DNA of 64,000 nucleotides, taken from positions 6,634,001 through 6,698,000 of the forward strand of contig OZ004615.1 of assembly GCA_963924565.1 (NCBI GenBank), given 5' to 3'. Shown one piece after another: positions 40,401 to 52,400 of the stretch. The position numbers and the translations under genes were made by a program. The notes below the pieces were generated by a model. It was not told the DNA's origin. It ran no database searches and saw only the letters and a program-made list of their open reading frames with translations. Each line of letters starts with the position of its first letter. Positions within the stretch are counted from its first letter, which is position 1. This DNA is from Ascidiella aspersa. Lineage: Eukaryota.

Positions 40401-43400
40401 AACACGCACACAAACACTAACTACCAAATGTACAGATCCAGATAGACCAATAGACACATGTCGATTGTGCTAGTCACTTTGTCAAATGTGATCAGTTATG
40501 TTAAAAGAAGCAAACAGTTAAAGTAAGATTATTGTACAGTGCGACTACTCTAGGTTATAGCAGACGACGAAAGGGGTTTAAACTCAACTTTATGACCAAT
40601 TCCTATGAATACAACTAAAAATGCCTCAGAAACGGCAACGAGTACGATTCAATCAGTTGTACCCATATGATTTGAGTATTAGTTTGTTTTAAAGTATATT
40701 TTGCGTCTGGTATGACGCGCATTTATGTCGTCTTCCTGTAGAAAAGGAAAACCTACCAAAGTTAGATTGGGTAAGTTTTCAGCTAAAAGTTTGTACCTAC
40801 CAAAGTTAGATTGGGTAAGTTAGCTAATGCAAATCAAACATCTAAGCAAGCCGTCAATCAGTTGATTTTTGATTCGGTTACACGAGATTTACAACTATAT
40901 TCTACACAAACACACACGCGAAACGTCAACTGCCAGAATCGGCACACGGTCACCAACCCAAATGGTAAAGGTCATTTTTTCGGGGCAGTTGGGAAAGCCG
41001 ATGGACTTGGCGGCATCCCAGTAACCAAACAGGGTCCAAAACATGGAACTAAGCGCCTCGAAAATGTTGGTGAGCTTCAGCGACGACGGATTCTCATCTG
41101 GTGATCGACAAATTGAGGTTTGCTGACTAAAATCTTTTTTATAAACTTTAGGACGCAACTTAGTATCGTGCCCTTTTGATGAAATAAATCCTGGACGAAA
41201 TGGCGCGGGCTTTACGGAGTGCTTTACTTTCTATACGCTACTTATATAGTTAAAAATCACTCTATAATATTCACTGCTTTGGATGGGGAATTTTTTACAA
41301 TTTTGAAATAGCCCGACCATCGATTTTGGCTCAATTATACGTGTCGAGTTTTCAGTTTAGGATATAGCGTGCTTTGTCGAATAAAAAATCAAAACGCCAT
41401 AGTATAATGATTGAGAGGTTTCGTAAAATGCTATATATTTAACAAAAAACTATAACTAATCAAAATAGTGTTCTTAAAATATAAGAATTACATATAAATT
41501 TAAGTTTTGTGCCAGGAAAGTTATCCTACCAGCGCTCTAACAAAATTTTTCGCTGGTGGTTTGAATGTGTTAATGTATGACCAAGTGTCCATGACACCGT
41601 TATGACATCAAGCGATGTGAAATGATGATAAAAAATAAAATAATTTTATGTTGGGGAAATGTGGTTTATGAAAATTCAATAGAATGAAGCTTGATAATGA
41701 ATTGCAAAGTCAAAAAGGTCGAATATATCGACATATTTAAGACATTTCGATACGAGCTTGTATCGTCTTAAATTATTGTTAAAATTCATTATCAAGCTAC
41801 ATTACAGATTCGTGCATATGTACTCAATAGAATGACCCATCACAAACACAAATGTCTCCTGATATTTTTATGCATAGAGGCCCACGGTTGTTATCTAACC
41901 AGCTCGTTCAAGAAGTACTTGCTCTTGCAGTTTTCGGTAAAGATCCATTTAAGCGGTTCGCCGTAGCCGAAAAGCGACCAAAACATGCCCAAAAGGCTGC
42001 CCAGCCACGAGGTTATCTGCATTGATTCCTCGTCGTCGAAGTCTGTCATCGCGTCAAAGTATCAGGCTCGATTAGTGGTCAGCGTTTTAACGTTTATCCG
42101 GCCCAGTTCAAAATTAAAGCTAAGGGTTTGGTTAACAACTTAAGTGCTGTGCAGTTTCCCGTATTGAATATTGAATACAGTTAGCTTTCTAAGCATTTAG
42201 TTAAATAGTATAGGGCGGGGGTGGGCAACCTATGACCCGTGAGCTAGATTCGGACCGCCAACGCAAATCCTATTTTACAAACTGGACACGAGGCCATTCC
42301 TCATAATTTTTTGCTTTCAACTCGTTAAAAGCTTTTTTTTTGCAATTTGCGCAGTCTCGCTCCCATATCGAGTGTAAATGGCAAACCTCCCTAGTTTTAT
42401 CCCTGATTAACAGTCGTTGGGATTGTTACAAGATGCGTAAAGTCTACACAGTTAAAATTTGACAGCCCGCAGAGACCTTTCTGAGTTTGGTTTCGGCACG
42501 CGACAAGAAAGTTGTTGCCCACCCCTAATATAGGGTATAAGATCAAATATATATCTCGAAACATTTGCTTTTAAACCTGTCTTTCAAGTCTAATTATTTT
42601 TTTATAGTCTTTATGATAGAAACTGTGCGTGAAAATAGATGGATACTTTAATATAATTAGGTTTACAAATTAACAGGGTAATTATGTTTAATAATTAATA
42701 AAATAAATTAAACAACAATTGAGGCAATTTGCACTGAGCTAAAACAATTAGCCACTATTACCTTTACAAGACACACATGGGCGCTCGGATACCTTCATTT
42801 GACTCCAATCAGCCGTGTATGCTGGTAGAAGGTCAAGGGTCTGAAAACAATTCAAGATATTCAAACAACCGTTAACCTTAGCCTACTACAACTAGTCCAA
42901 CGCTACAGCCATGATCCTAAACTGGTAATAATATATTTACACTTACACAAGTTGAAAAATTCTTTCAATTTTAAGAATATTCTTGCTATCTTGGAGTGCT
43001 TAAATAACTTAGTAAATAAGTTTAAGCGCACCCTAATAATTTGTATGATTGGCATATAGGTCCTTTCTTGGTACAATATCTTACTTAAGTTGAACATAAT
43101 TTTGTCAAATTGGTAAACAACCTTTTTATATACCTCTAATTGTAAGAGCTTTAGCATTTTTAACAAGGTTTGTTAACATAAAAATTGCTATTTTAATCAT
43201 GTTTTATCGACATATTTATGATCATGATCGGTTGTAAAAGGGATCGCAATCATGATAATAACTATCATTATAGTCGTGATAATGATAAACTCATGATTAT
43301 CGTAATGAATATAATCATAATCACAATTTTCGTAATCCTGTTCACGATATTCATCTCCTCCTTTGTGATCATCACGATTATCGTTGTGATCATCACGATT

Positions 43401-46400
43401 AATGTGATATTTTGTGATCATCACGATTAATGTGATCATAACAGTTATCTGATCAGAAATCATGATCACATCGCCGTAATCTTTACGTGATCACGCAATT
43501 ATCGTGATAGCGATCATCAACGTGATCATTGTGATCGTGATCATAACAATCATATAATAATCATCATCACCGTAGTGATCAGAATGACGATTACAATCTT
43601 CATGATCATGTTCTGGATATTTATCACCGTCGTTGTGCTCATCACGATAATCATGATAGCAATAATCAAGGTGATCGTTATCGCGCACTTACGACGTTGC
43701 ACTCCTTGGGGCTGTTGCATGAGCAGTTCTTGTCGAAGGCGTAAGGCGTGTAGAGCTCCGTGATGCCGCTTCCGAAGGCCAGAAAGACGATGCAGAAGAT
43801 GACTGAGAAGCGAAAAGCGTCGTGCAGCATCAGATCAAGGGACACCTGGGAGAGTGGAACAATTCTTGAAGCGGAATTCTATTTAAGCTTATGTTAACAT
43901 GTTTCTTTGCAATATAAGCCTTTATTGGTTCCAACCTGCAGCGGCCCGAAAGTCCTTTCGGCTCTTAGCAGTTCCATGATCCTCATGTGGATAAGGATGT
44001 ACGAGATGGCGATGCAGATGTCGGACAAGGGCAGGGGGTCAAACATGCCGCCATGCCAGAACACCTTGGAGTCTTCCGGCACTGTGACGTCACAAATAAA
44101 ACAATAATTGTACAAACGAGGGCTACCAGCGAATGTTAGATAATAGAGTTCTTCGCGCAGAGCTTTCTAAAGTTATGATCAACAACCTAAACCACTTAAA
44201 TAAAAAGAAACGAACGTGAATGACGTGTTTACGTAAATAACAAAGGAAAGTCAATATATAGCCCATATAGAGTCTGCCAGGCATAGAGCATAAATTATAT
44301 CAAAAAAATGTATACGTCCACCGTTTTTAATTTATAGTGCCTTAATTAAAAAAATAGTGAATTACCCACATTGTGTTTCCAACTCCAATAACCTACTAGC
44401 TCGCAAACAGTACACAATTTTTCTACGGAGTCTTATGATTTTACGTTATAGATAGTCCGAATTAACAGCGGGCCTTTATCAACATATTACTTTATAACAG
44501 AGCTGTGCCACTTCATACAAACCGTAACATGATTTGTAAATGTGTAATAACGTTTTACAAAGGTGATGGTAATAAGGACATCAAAGAGCTTGCACAGTTC
44601 CTAAAATATATTTTCAATAACGTACTTTTTTCCGCCGTAGCGATGTGAATGAGTCTAAGCACCATGTAAGCTGTGTAGAGAATGATAGTGGTCATGTCGT
44701 TCCAGTTCCAAATGTCCGTCATGTATTCACGCAACCCCTTCATCAAACATTAAGCACCGTAATGAAAGTGAAAAAATGCATACGAATTTATTGATTAATT
44801 ACCGGTATCAATATTATTTTATACAAATTTATAAATAAAAACATAAATACTGTTTAAGCCAGTGGTCGGCAAACTGTGGGCCACAGAACCATTTTTAGTG
44901 GGCCGCGAGTTACTTTTTAATAGCTTAGTGTTATCATGTAGTTGTGGGCCGCGTGATAGCCGTACGTTCATTGCGCTTTATTTTAAAATTTCGTGTGACT
45001 TAGAAATTATATGTTGTCTCAGCGTGGTTCAGACCCACGTGCCAAATTTGGTCCTGAAAGCCGGTCGAACTATATTTTTTTCCAACTTAAACTATATGTA
45101 AACGCAAAATGTTCGCGCCTCGCGCGTATATTCTTCTTTTATAGTATGTTTTGCTTGACATGGCACTGTTTTGGGCCTCAAGGCGCCGTGTAATATTTCA
45201 CTTTAAAAACAGTTATCCTGAATCCACCACTGTTTTCGTATTGGTTTTACATAGTGGCCTTCAATACCTCTGAAAAGAGTACTTTGGGCCGCGACAAAAA
45301 ATGTTTGCCGACCATTGGTTTAGGTTGCAAATAATTCCTAAACATTTAACGTGAAGTAACAGGCCCAGCGTCAATCCAACAGCGTCCGGATATTTTTAAT
45401 GTTACCTATAGATTAGGTGCTGTCTTAACCTACATACAATAAACTGCCTTCTAACAAATTACCTAGGAGAGTTTCGATGCAGAATATAGCACGTTACTAA
45501 TCGCACGCTAAAAGTCCCAGTATCACGCCTCCCGAAAACCCTGACGTTCGTCATCGGCTAATGTATCGGGCAAAACAACGTTAAAACCAAAGTACGCTGC
45601 ATCTTGAAAAACTCTGAAGCATATCGTGCGAGACCATTGACGGTCCCATCTAACCTAACGCGTTTTGACACCCACTTTGTCTGGAAGTGGGCAGTCAATT
45701 GGAAAAGCGTGGTCATGAGGATTTTGCTCAGACTAATTGCCTTTGCCAAAAATTTGGTACTACAGATTATTAACATAAAAATATGTTTACGACCAAAATT
45801 GGGCTCCACTTCTTCCGCTCTGACTTTTACTCAATTTGCAGGGAAACTAGAAGAGCTATAAGCTGCAACCATTGGAACATATGGGAAGTAATAACAGACA
45901 AAGGGGCGTTTACCTGATGATAAATCTCTCTGGATTCCTGGATAAACTTCCCGACCACCCAAAGGTACGCAACGGAAAGCAATGGCGATATCTGCAAAAC
46001 AAAGTATTTTTTTTAAATAAATTACATATAACTGACTCGGGCTAGTCCTTACCGAATTTTGACTGCGGTTAAATGAGATAAAAAAATTATTTGTCAAATA
46101 TGGCGATTTGAAACTAAGTACCGGTACCTCGAGAGTTTCTAAAAGTTTTTAATACACCTTTTTTGTATGACGGAACAGCAAACAGACAAGGAATGCGAGA
46201 CTTGCATCCATCCAATAAAAACCTGACCGTAATCGTAATTATCAAGTTTCAAGTTATGACTGATGTGACTATATTTTGTGTAGAAAATAAGCCGCGATTT
46301 GTTTTTTGGGGTTGTTTTGACCCAATTGTATTAGTTCTGACTCGGTAACAATTTTCACCTATACTTGCTTACTACACTATAAACTTAAACTCTTGTAGTT

Positions 46401-49400
46401 AACGATCCACGGGCAAAGCTTGCACCTTGATCACGCATCACGTAACTGGGGGTGAAACGTTGGTCTAGTTGCCAGAAGGTAAATGAGCCGCGAAAACCAC
46501 CGGAAAAGGGTTAAACGTTTTTTTAATTTACTTTTTTGAAGTTAAGGGTTGTATTACAGCGGAGACTTTGGTGTTCGTCAATACCTTTTGTTTTTCCATC
46601 GGCTAACCTTTAGCCAATGAGTAATAGACTAACATCTCGAACGCAGCTATTGGTTGTTACTACAGCTGCGTTTCTAGACGTAAGTCGCTGGAGTACCTAG
46701 GCCTAGATGACTTGCGTTATAATCCGTTAATTATTGGGGCAAATCATGATCGGTTCACACAGCTATGTGTATATCAACCAAGAAAGCGCTTCAGAAATTA
46801 CGCGTGTCCCTAGACTTTTTTTCTACTACGAATTGCACCTTACCAACCTATATGTCTTTAAAAATAGGAAGCACAGACTGCTTTCGAAGTACACTGGCCA
46901 AAGAAAACTGAAGCTGTGTAAAACGTATGACCGGATTCGGGCGCTTTTAGAAATGGCCATGAAAATTAGCAGTGTAAACACGTCATTAGCCCTGCTGTTT
47001 TCCTTATACGTATTCACCCTGATAATAAGATTTTACACAACAACCCTCACTAGGGATGTACGATAACATCAGATCGGAACCGATACCAACACCAAGTGAT
47101 ACATCTATTCTCCTATATTCTTCAAAACCAAATTAATTTGTGCATTCTAGTTGTTTTGTAATTGAATATGAAGTTTTCCATATTTTAAAGATTCTTTTGT
47201 TGATATCAAAATAAAAGCGAAGATAAATATGCTTTCTAACCCTTGAGTGATTTTCAGCCTCATAACCTGGATAACATCATCCTAATTCAAATATATCAAA
47301 TCTGCTTATTTGACCATAGCAGTAATTTGGAACCTGTTTAAAATATCGGTTATCGGTATCGAGATAAAATAGATCGTTCATCCCTATAGAGCTCACCCCT
47401 CCGTCTGCTCCCTTGAAGAAGTCGTACTGCATCATGATGGTGTTGGTGAGGAGCATGGCGATGAAGACGACCTCCGAGATGACCCAGCACCAGAACTTCA
47501 CCGTCGGATTCTGCATCACTTTGCCCAGAGCCGACTTGGGAGCCATGAGAAGAGCCAGACTCAGGATCGGGAATAGGAATCCGAGCAGGATCTAAACCAG
47601 GTGTTATTAAACTTTTTGTTAACGCGAACCCTTAAAAAAATATAGTCTCGGTTTGAGTAAACCTAGGGATGACGTCATAACACAAATAGATTTGAGAAAG
47701 CTGAGGTTTTCGGTCGAATTGATGCGTCAGCTTCAGAGTTGAGTCTAAATACATTGAACGAGAAGGCGTCAGAGTATTTTGCAAATAATCTCTTTTCTTT
47801 AAAAAAGTATTTATGGTTTCAAAATATACACTAAGATTTCAATTAGGCCTTCATAGACCACCTCGCCCCCTAAAAGGGGGTCGACGGTCCCCTATTTGGG
47901 AAGCCCTGATTGAAGCGAATGGAGCGACGACGACGTTAGCAGGAGCAAATAAAGGGCGTACAAGTATATATATTATGGAAAATTTTGCAATGTTGTAAAG
48001 CTTATATGTCAAATTCAAGCCGTATTTAAAATTGCTACCTCGATCCCAAATGCTTAGCATCAATTAAATAGAAACATAAAAAAATATTTTTTAGAGCTCA
48101 ATGAAATTTAAAATACAGTTTTGTTTGTATTAATTTGTTTGTATTATTAAATAATGTCAAAGAGTTATAAAGTCTATCGTTGTATTTAAATGTATGTTGA
48201 TTTTACATTTAATATCGTCGTCCTCAAGTCTTATATGACATTACATTTTCTTGTGTAAACGGTTATTTTCTGAGCAGCTATCCAACGCAATTTAAAATAA
48301 TGATCAGTTCTTAACCGTGACTGTTATAAAATATTGGGATCGTCATTGCAGTCCGACGATATAGAAAAAGTCATGAAACGTAAGCCACGGCTAAACAAGA
48401 ATCTGAAAGTTAAACCCAGGTTACTTTAAATTTATTTAGAGTTATGTCAAGCACACAAGCTAATGTACAGGAATTTTAAAGGTGAAATTAGAGTTCACTT
48501 CTGCAAACTGAGACAGTCGCTTATAATTGCTTTCAGGGTTGTTTCAAACGCGCCCTGCTTAATTCACAATCACTTATTCATCGCGTTTATGTGTCGGATG
48601 AACGGTTTGAATTGCGTTACGCTCTTTTATCCATAATTTATTAAGGATCTTTGTTACTCTTTTGGTTGCCGCTTGACTCAAAATATAAGATACTCAAACC
48701 TTTTTGTCAAAGTCATGACATATGTTGACCTGAATCGGCATCAATTCTATTTAAATATTATATCGTGGAGGTTTTCTTTTAGTTTTTTTAAAAACAACGT
48801 TTGCTTGTTGATGAAAATAACGTAAACATCTCGTCACAGGGTTTAATTTGTCATTAACAGTTTATTTTGTACAATAGGTTTGTAAAGCAAAAACACGCTT
48901 TATTTATTTAGGATCTTGAAGACATCTCATTTCTATTTTGTATTTAAAAATATAATTTTACCTGTAGTATGAAAAATTGTTTTCCCCTGCATCATATTTG
49001 ATTACTATACAATAATTCCTGAAGCAACACCCCAAAGCGGCCGACATTTAAATTGTTCATTTTTGTTGGCTAATATTTTTATATTGCATACAATCAGCAT
49101 GCAATAGCTATAGCCATTATGCAATGAATAATTCGTCTCACCTGTATCACGGTCGCCTTTATTCCTTTAAGACGTCGAAACAGCTTTCCTTTCTGAATGT
49201 AGATGAGCGCGAGTTGCGAATTGTCCGAGGTCACGAAATCTTTCATTTCGTACTTTACCGCCTGAAACGCGAAGTTTACGTTAATAGGTTTCAAAATAAT
49301 CACCGTAGCAAAAGCGTTAAGGTAGAATTTTAACCAGTTCGCAAGCTATGCATAAAAGCAGATGTCAAAATCAGTCGATGGGCTTTTGTATTTTACAGTA

Positions 49401-52400
49401 ATTTTTTTATGGATATAAATAAGCTCTATAGGTTAGCAGGTTTATAATGGACTTCAAATTGGCCCGAATCAAAATGAAGTCAAACGGCCGACGTATTTTT
49501 CTTAACTTGTAATTGTAAAACTTAAAAACTTCCAATATAAAATTTGGTGATGGTTTGATGATATAAACAGATGACATTTCTTAGGAAACTGAAGAACACA
49601 AGATTTGTGGTTATAATGAAATGCAAAACTGTCCTGTGAATGTTAGAAAATGACTCCTGTAAATGTTAGAAACAGATTCAAGTCGTTCAGCAAGCAAAAT
49701 CGAAAAGTGATTGATTCAATATTTGATTTATCTTAATTTAGACAAATCAAAGACTGAGATTTTAAAACCGAGGATACTACGAAAAACACAAATCTGATGA
49801 TTTAAATCGCTAAACGTTCAGCACGATTTACTTTTTCGATTGGTTTCAGATAGTGACGTATCTTCTGACGTCGCTCTGGCGCGATGCTTTCTGTTTCGTC
49901 ATCGAGCACCGAAACGTCTTCAATGTCATCGTCAAGGTCATACTGCATGAGATCGGCCAATTCGCTGGCGGACCGGACTTCCTGTGAGTAAGGTGAACAT
50001 AAAAACGTTAAAACAAATCGTTTTTAGATTAACCAATTGTCTGTAAAATCATTGACGAAATTACGTCAGTCCAAGTCAAGTCATTTTCAACAAACAGCTC
50101 CTTCGAGACGAAATCTTAATGTAGCAAGATAACTACAAGTCCGGTAAGTATAGCACAAGAATCAAGTTAAACATTTAAAACTTAAATAACTGGCCGTATT
50201 TTACTTCACAAACACTGAAAAAGCAAATAGCAAACAAAATGTTTTGTGCGTAAATTTGAGGAAAGTATCCAAACTTTACGAAAAATGTAATTAAACAAAC
50301 CGCTTGGGTCAATTAATTTGGCGAAGTGATCTAATTCCAAGTCAAGTCATTTGTCCAGTCCATGAATATTATCAAAATCTCATTCTACAGCTCACATTGA
50401 TTACGCTTCGCCGTTTATCTGCAACTGACTTTGCTAGCAAAGTAACAGAATAATCAAACTAGATTGTGATCCTCAGCTATTCAAAAACGGCCACCTATTT
50501 TCGGTTCCCGCGCCCCCAACTAAAGTCCTTTGTGGGAGGCAGACTCCTAAACCTCTAAATCGCATCTACTTACCACTCTCCGTCCAGTCTAAAAATTTGA
50601 AAATTATACGATGTGTACTTTTTCTAGGAAGCTCAGGACTTACAAAAAGTTCTGAAACATACTAAAGTTGACCAATGCAACTCAAAAAACAATCGCAACA
50701 AAAACAAGAGATGTCCCTAAAATAAATTTAATAAAAAGGGTAATATAACGGCCCATATAAAAATGGTTTGAGAATCGTTGCGCTGCAATCTTGAACGAAC
50801 CTCGAGAAGTTGAATGGCGAAGGTCTCGCACTGCTGCGACATCTTAAGGTAGGCTTCCTCTACTTCGCGTTCGCGCTGCCCGAGCTGGTGGAGTTCGTTG
50901 AAGAGGTCCATAGCGGCAATCAGTGGATCCCACGACATGCCCTTTTCACTGGAGAGGCATAGACGCGAGTTAAAATAGGACAGTCTATAGACCAGTGATT
51001 TCAAAATTGTGTGCAGCGGACACTAGTGTGCCTCGAGAAATTGTTAAGTGTGCCGCGAAACTTTTTGTAATTTCGGAAAAAGAGTATGTCTTACCCATAG
51101 GCAAACATTTAGACATAAATTCGCACAATAAATTCAAAATATCGAGACATTTATTAATATAGCGTTTTAGTTTGTTGTGTGTTAAGGGTGATAAAATTAC
51201 TCTATTGTTGTTCTGTTAAAAGTGTGCCGCGAAATATTAAGTTTTTTTTTAGTGTGCAGCAAGCCAAAGATGTTTGGAAACCCCTGGTATAGACACAAGA
51301 ACCGGGCTAGCGAACTTCGTTGGTATTGTTGACAGGGAACAGAAAACGGAATTGAGTTTTGCTTGCAAACAGTGGAGTTTAAGTCAGGAAATAAGGTTGC
51401 GTCTGTTTCTATTTCATTTATTCATATTAGGATATTCTGCTTTCATTGGAGACATCTATTAAACAATTAAAGGGTCTGACCTTATTTACTAGCTTTGCTA
51501 GACTAGTCCGCTGCTTTTGTTTATATTTTTTTGCAATAACTGCAGATTGTCGCACATAAGGTTCTGTTAGCAGCAGTGCAATTAAACGCTTCTGTTTATA
51601 AGTTAACTCCCAAATATTGCATCTGTTAACATCCTGTTCACATATAAAAACTATACTTTCGCCATGAAGCCATATAGATGCTTTTTAACGTCGAAAAGTA
51701 ATGAGTACTTAACATTTTCGTTTTAAGCAACTTTTTAAAAACTTAATATACGCAGGTATACACGTTGAGAACCTAACCATTAAGTTTAAGAATACACAAA
51801 GTGACCACTTAAACCTTTGTTTAACCTATATTTCCACACGAGTGTGTTTAGTTAGTTTTAAGTCTTACTTTAGCAGTACCAAAATTCTCGCTTACTTAAA
51901 CATGAGAAGCATAAACGAAGGACTTGCTCTCGCCCTGTAATGAAGAAGACGCTCCATGACCGCATCCCAGGAGTAGGGATCGAATCCTTCGTCCAAGATG
52001 AACTCATTCTCGCTAAACGTCAGACGATGCGAGTATCTGTTTTTTAAGGAGATGTTAGAAATGACGCAATTTAGTTTAAATTTTAGAAAAATAGCGGGTC
52101 AAACAAAGGCCCCGGTCAAATCTTCGGCCATACCAAATCGCGTTTTTTGTGAACTTAACAGAAAAAAATATGAATCCTGAGAACAAAAAAAAAACACTTT
52201 TAGCAATCATGTAAACAAGCCCTCTATACAAACAGAGAGCCTAACACAGTTTAATCAAAAAGATTGTTTCTCAAAAATGTTATGCTTTTGATAATGAAAC
52301 CTATGTTATCTTAAAAGTTTAGATAATTTTGCTGTCGGCAGCTTTAAAACTTTTTACAATTTACATAAGGCAAAATAACCTTGTGAAAAGAAGACAGAAA

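Noticed and set aside
40159-40473. Plus-strand ORFs with HARTH repeats
   Set aside because: Microsatellite translation and antisense of pore exon C.
37733-42042. Pore exons as parts of separate tandem TRPC genes, or as a concatenated multi-pore protein
   Set aside because: No duplicated S5 or S6 exons lie between them, and joining two consecutive exons breaks the reading frame.
43197-43763. ORFs rich in I/M/D/H
   Set aside because: They are translations of an (ATC)n low-complexity intron tract; only 43693-43845 on the minus strand is a real exon.
46826-47017. Candidate extra TRPC exon between S1 and S2
   Set aside because: Its phase is incompatible with the flanking phase-0 junctions, and 47397 joins 45991 cleanly.
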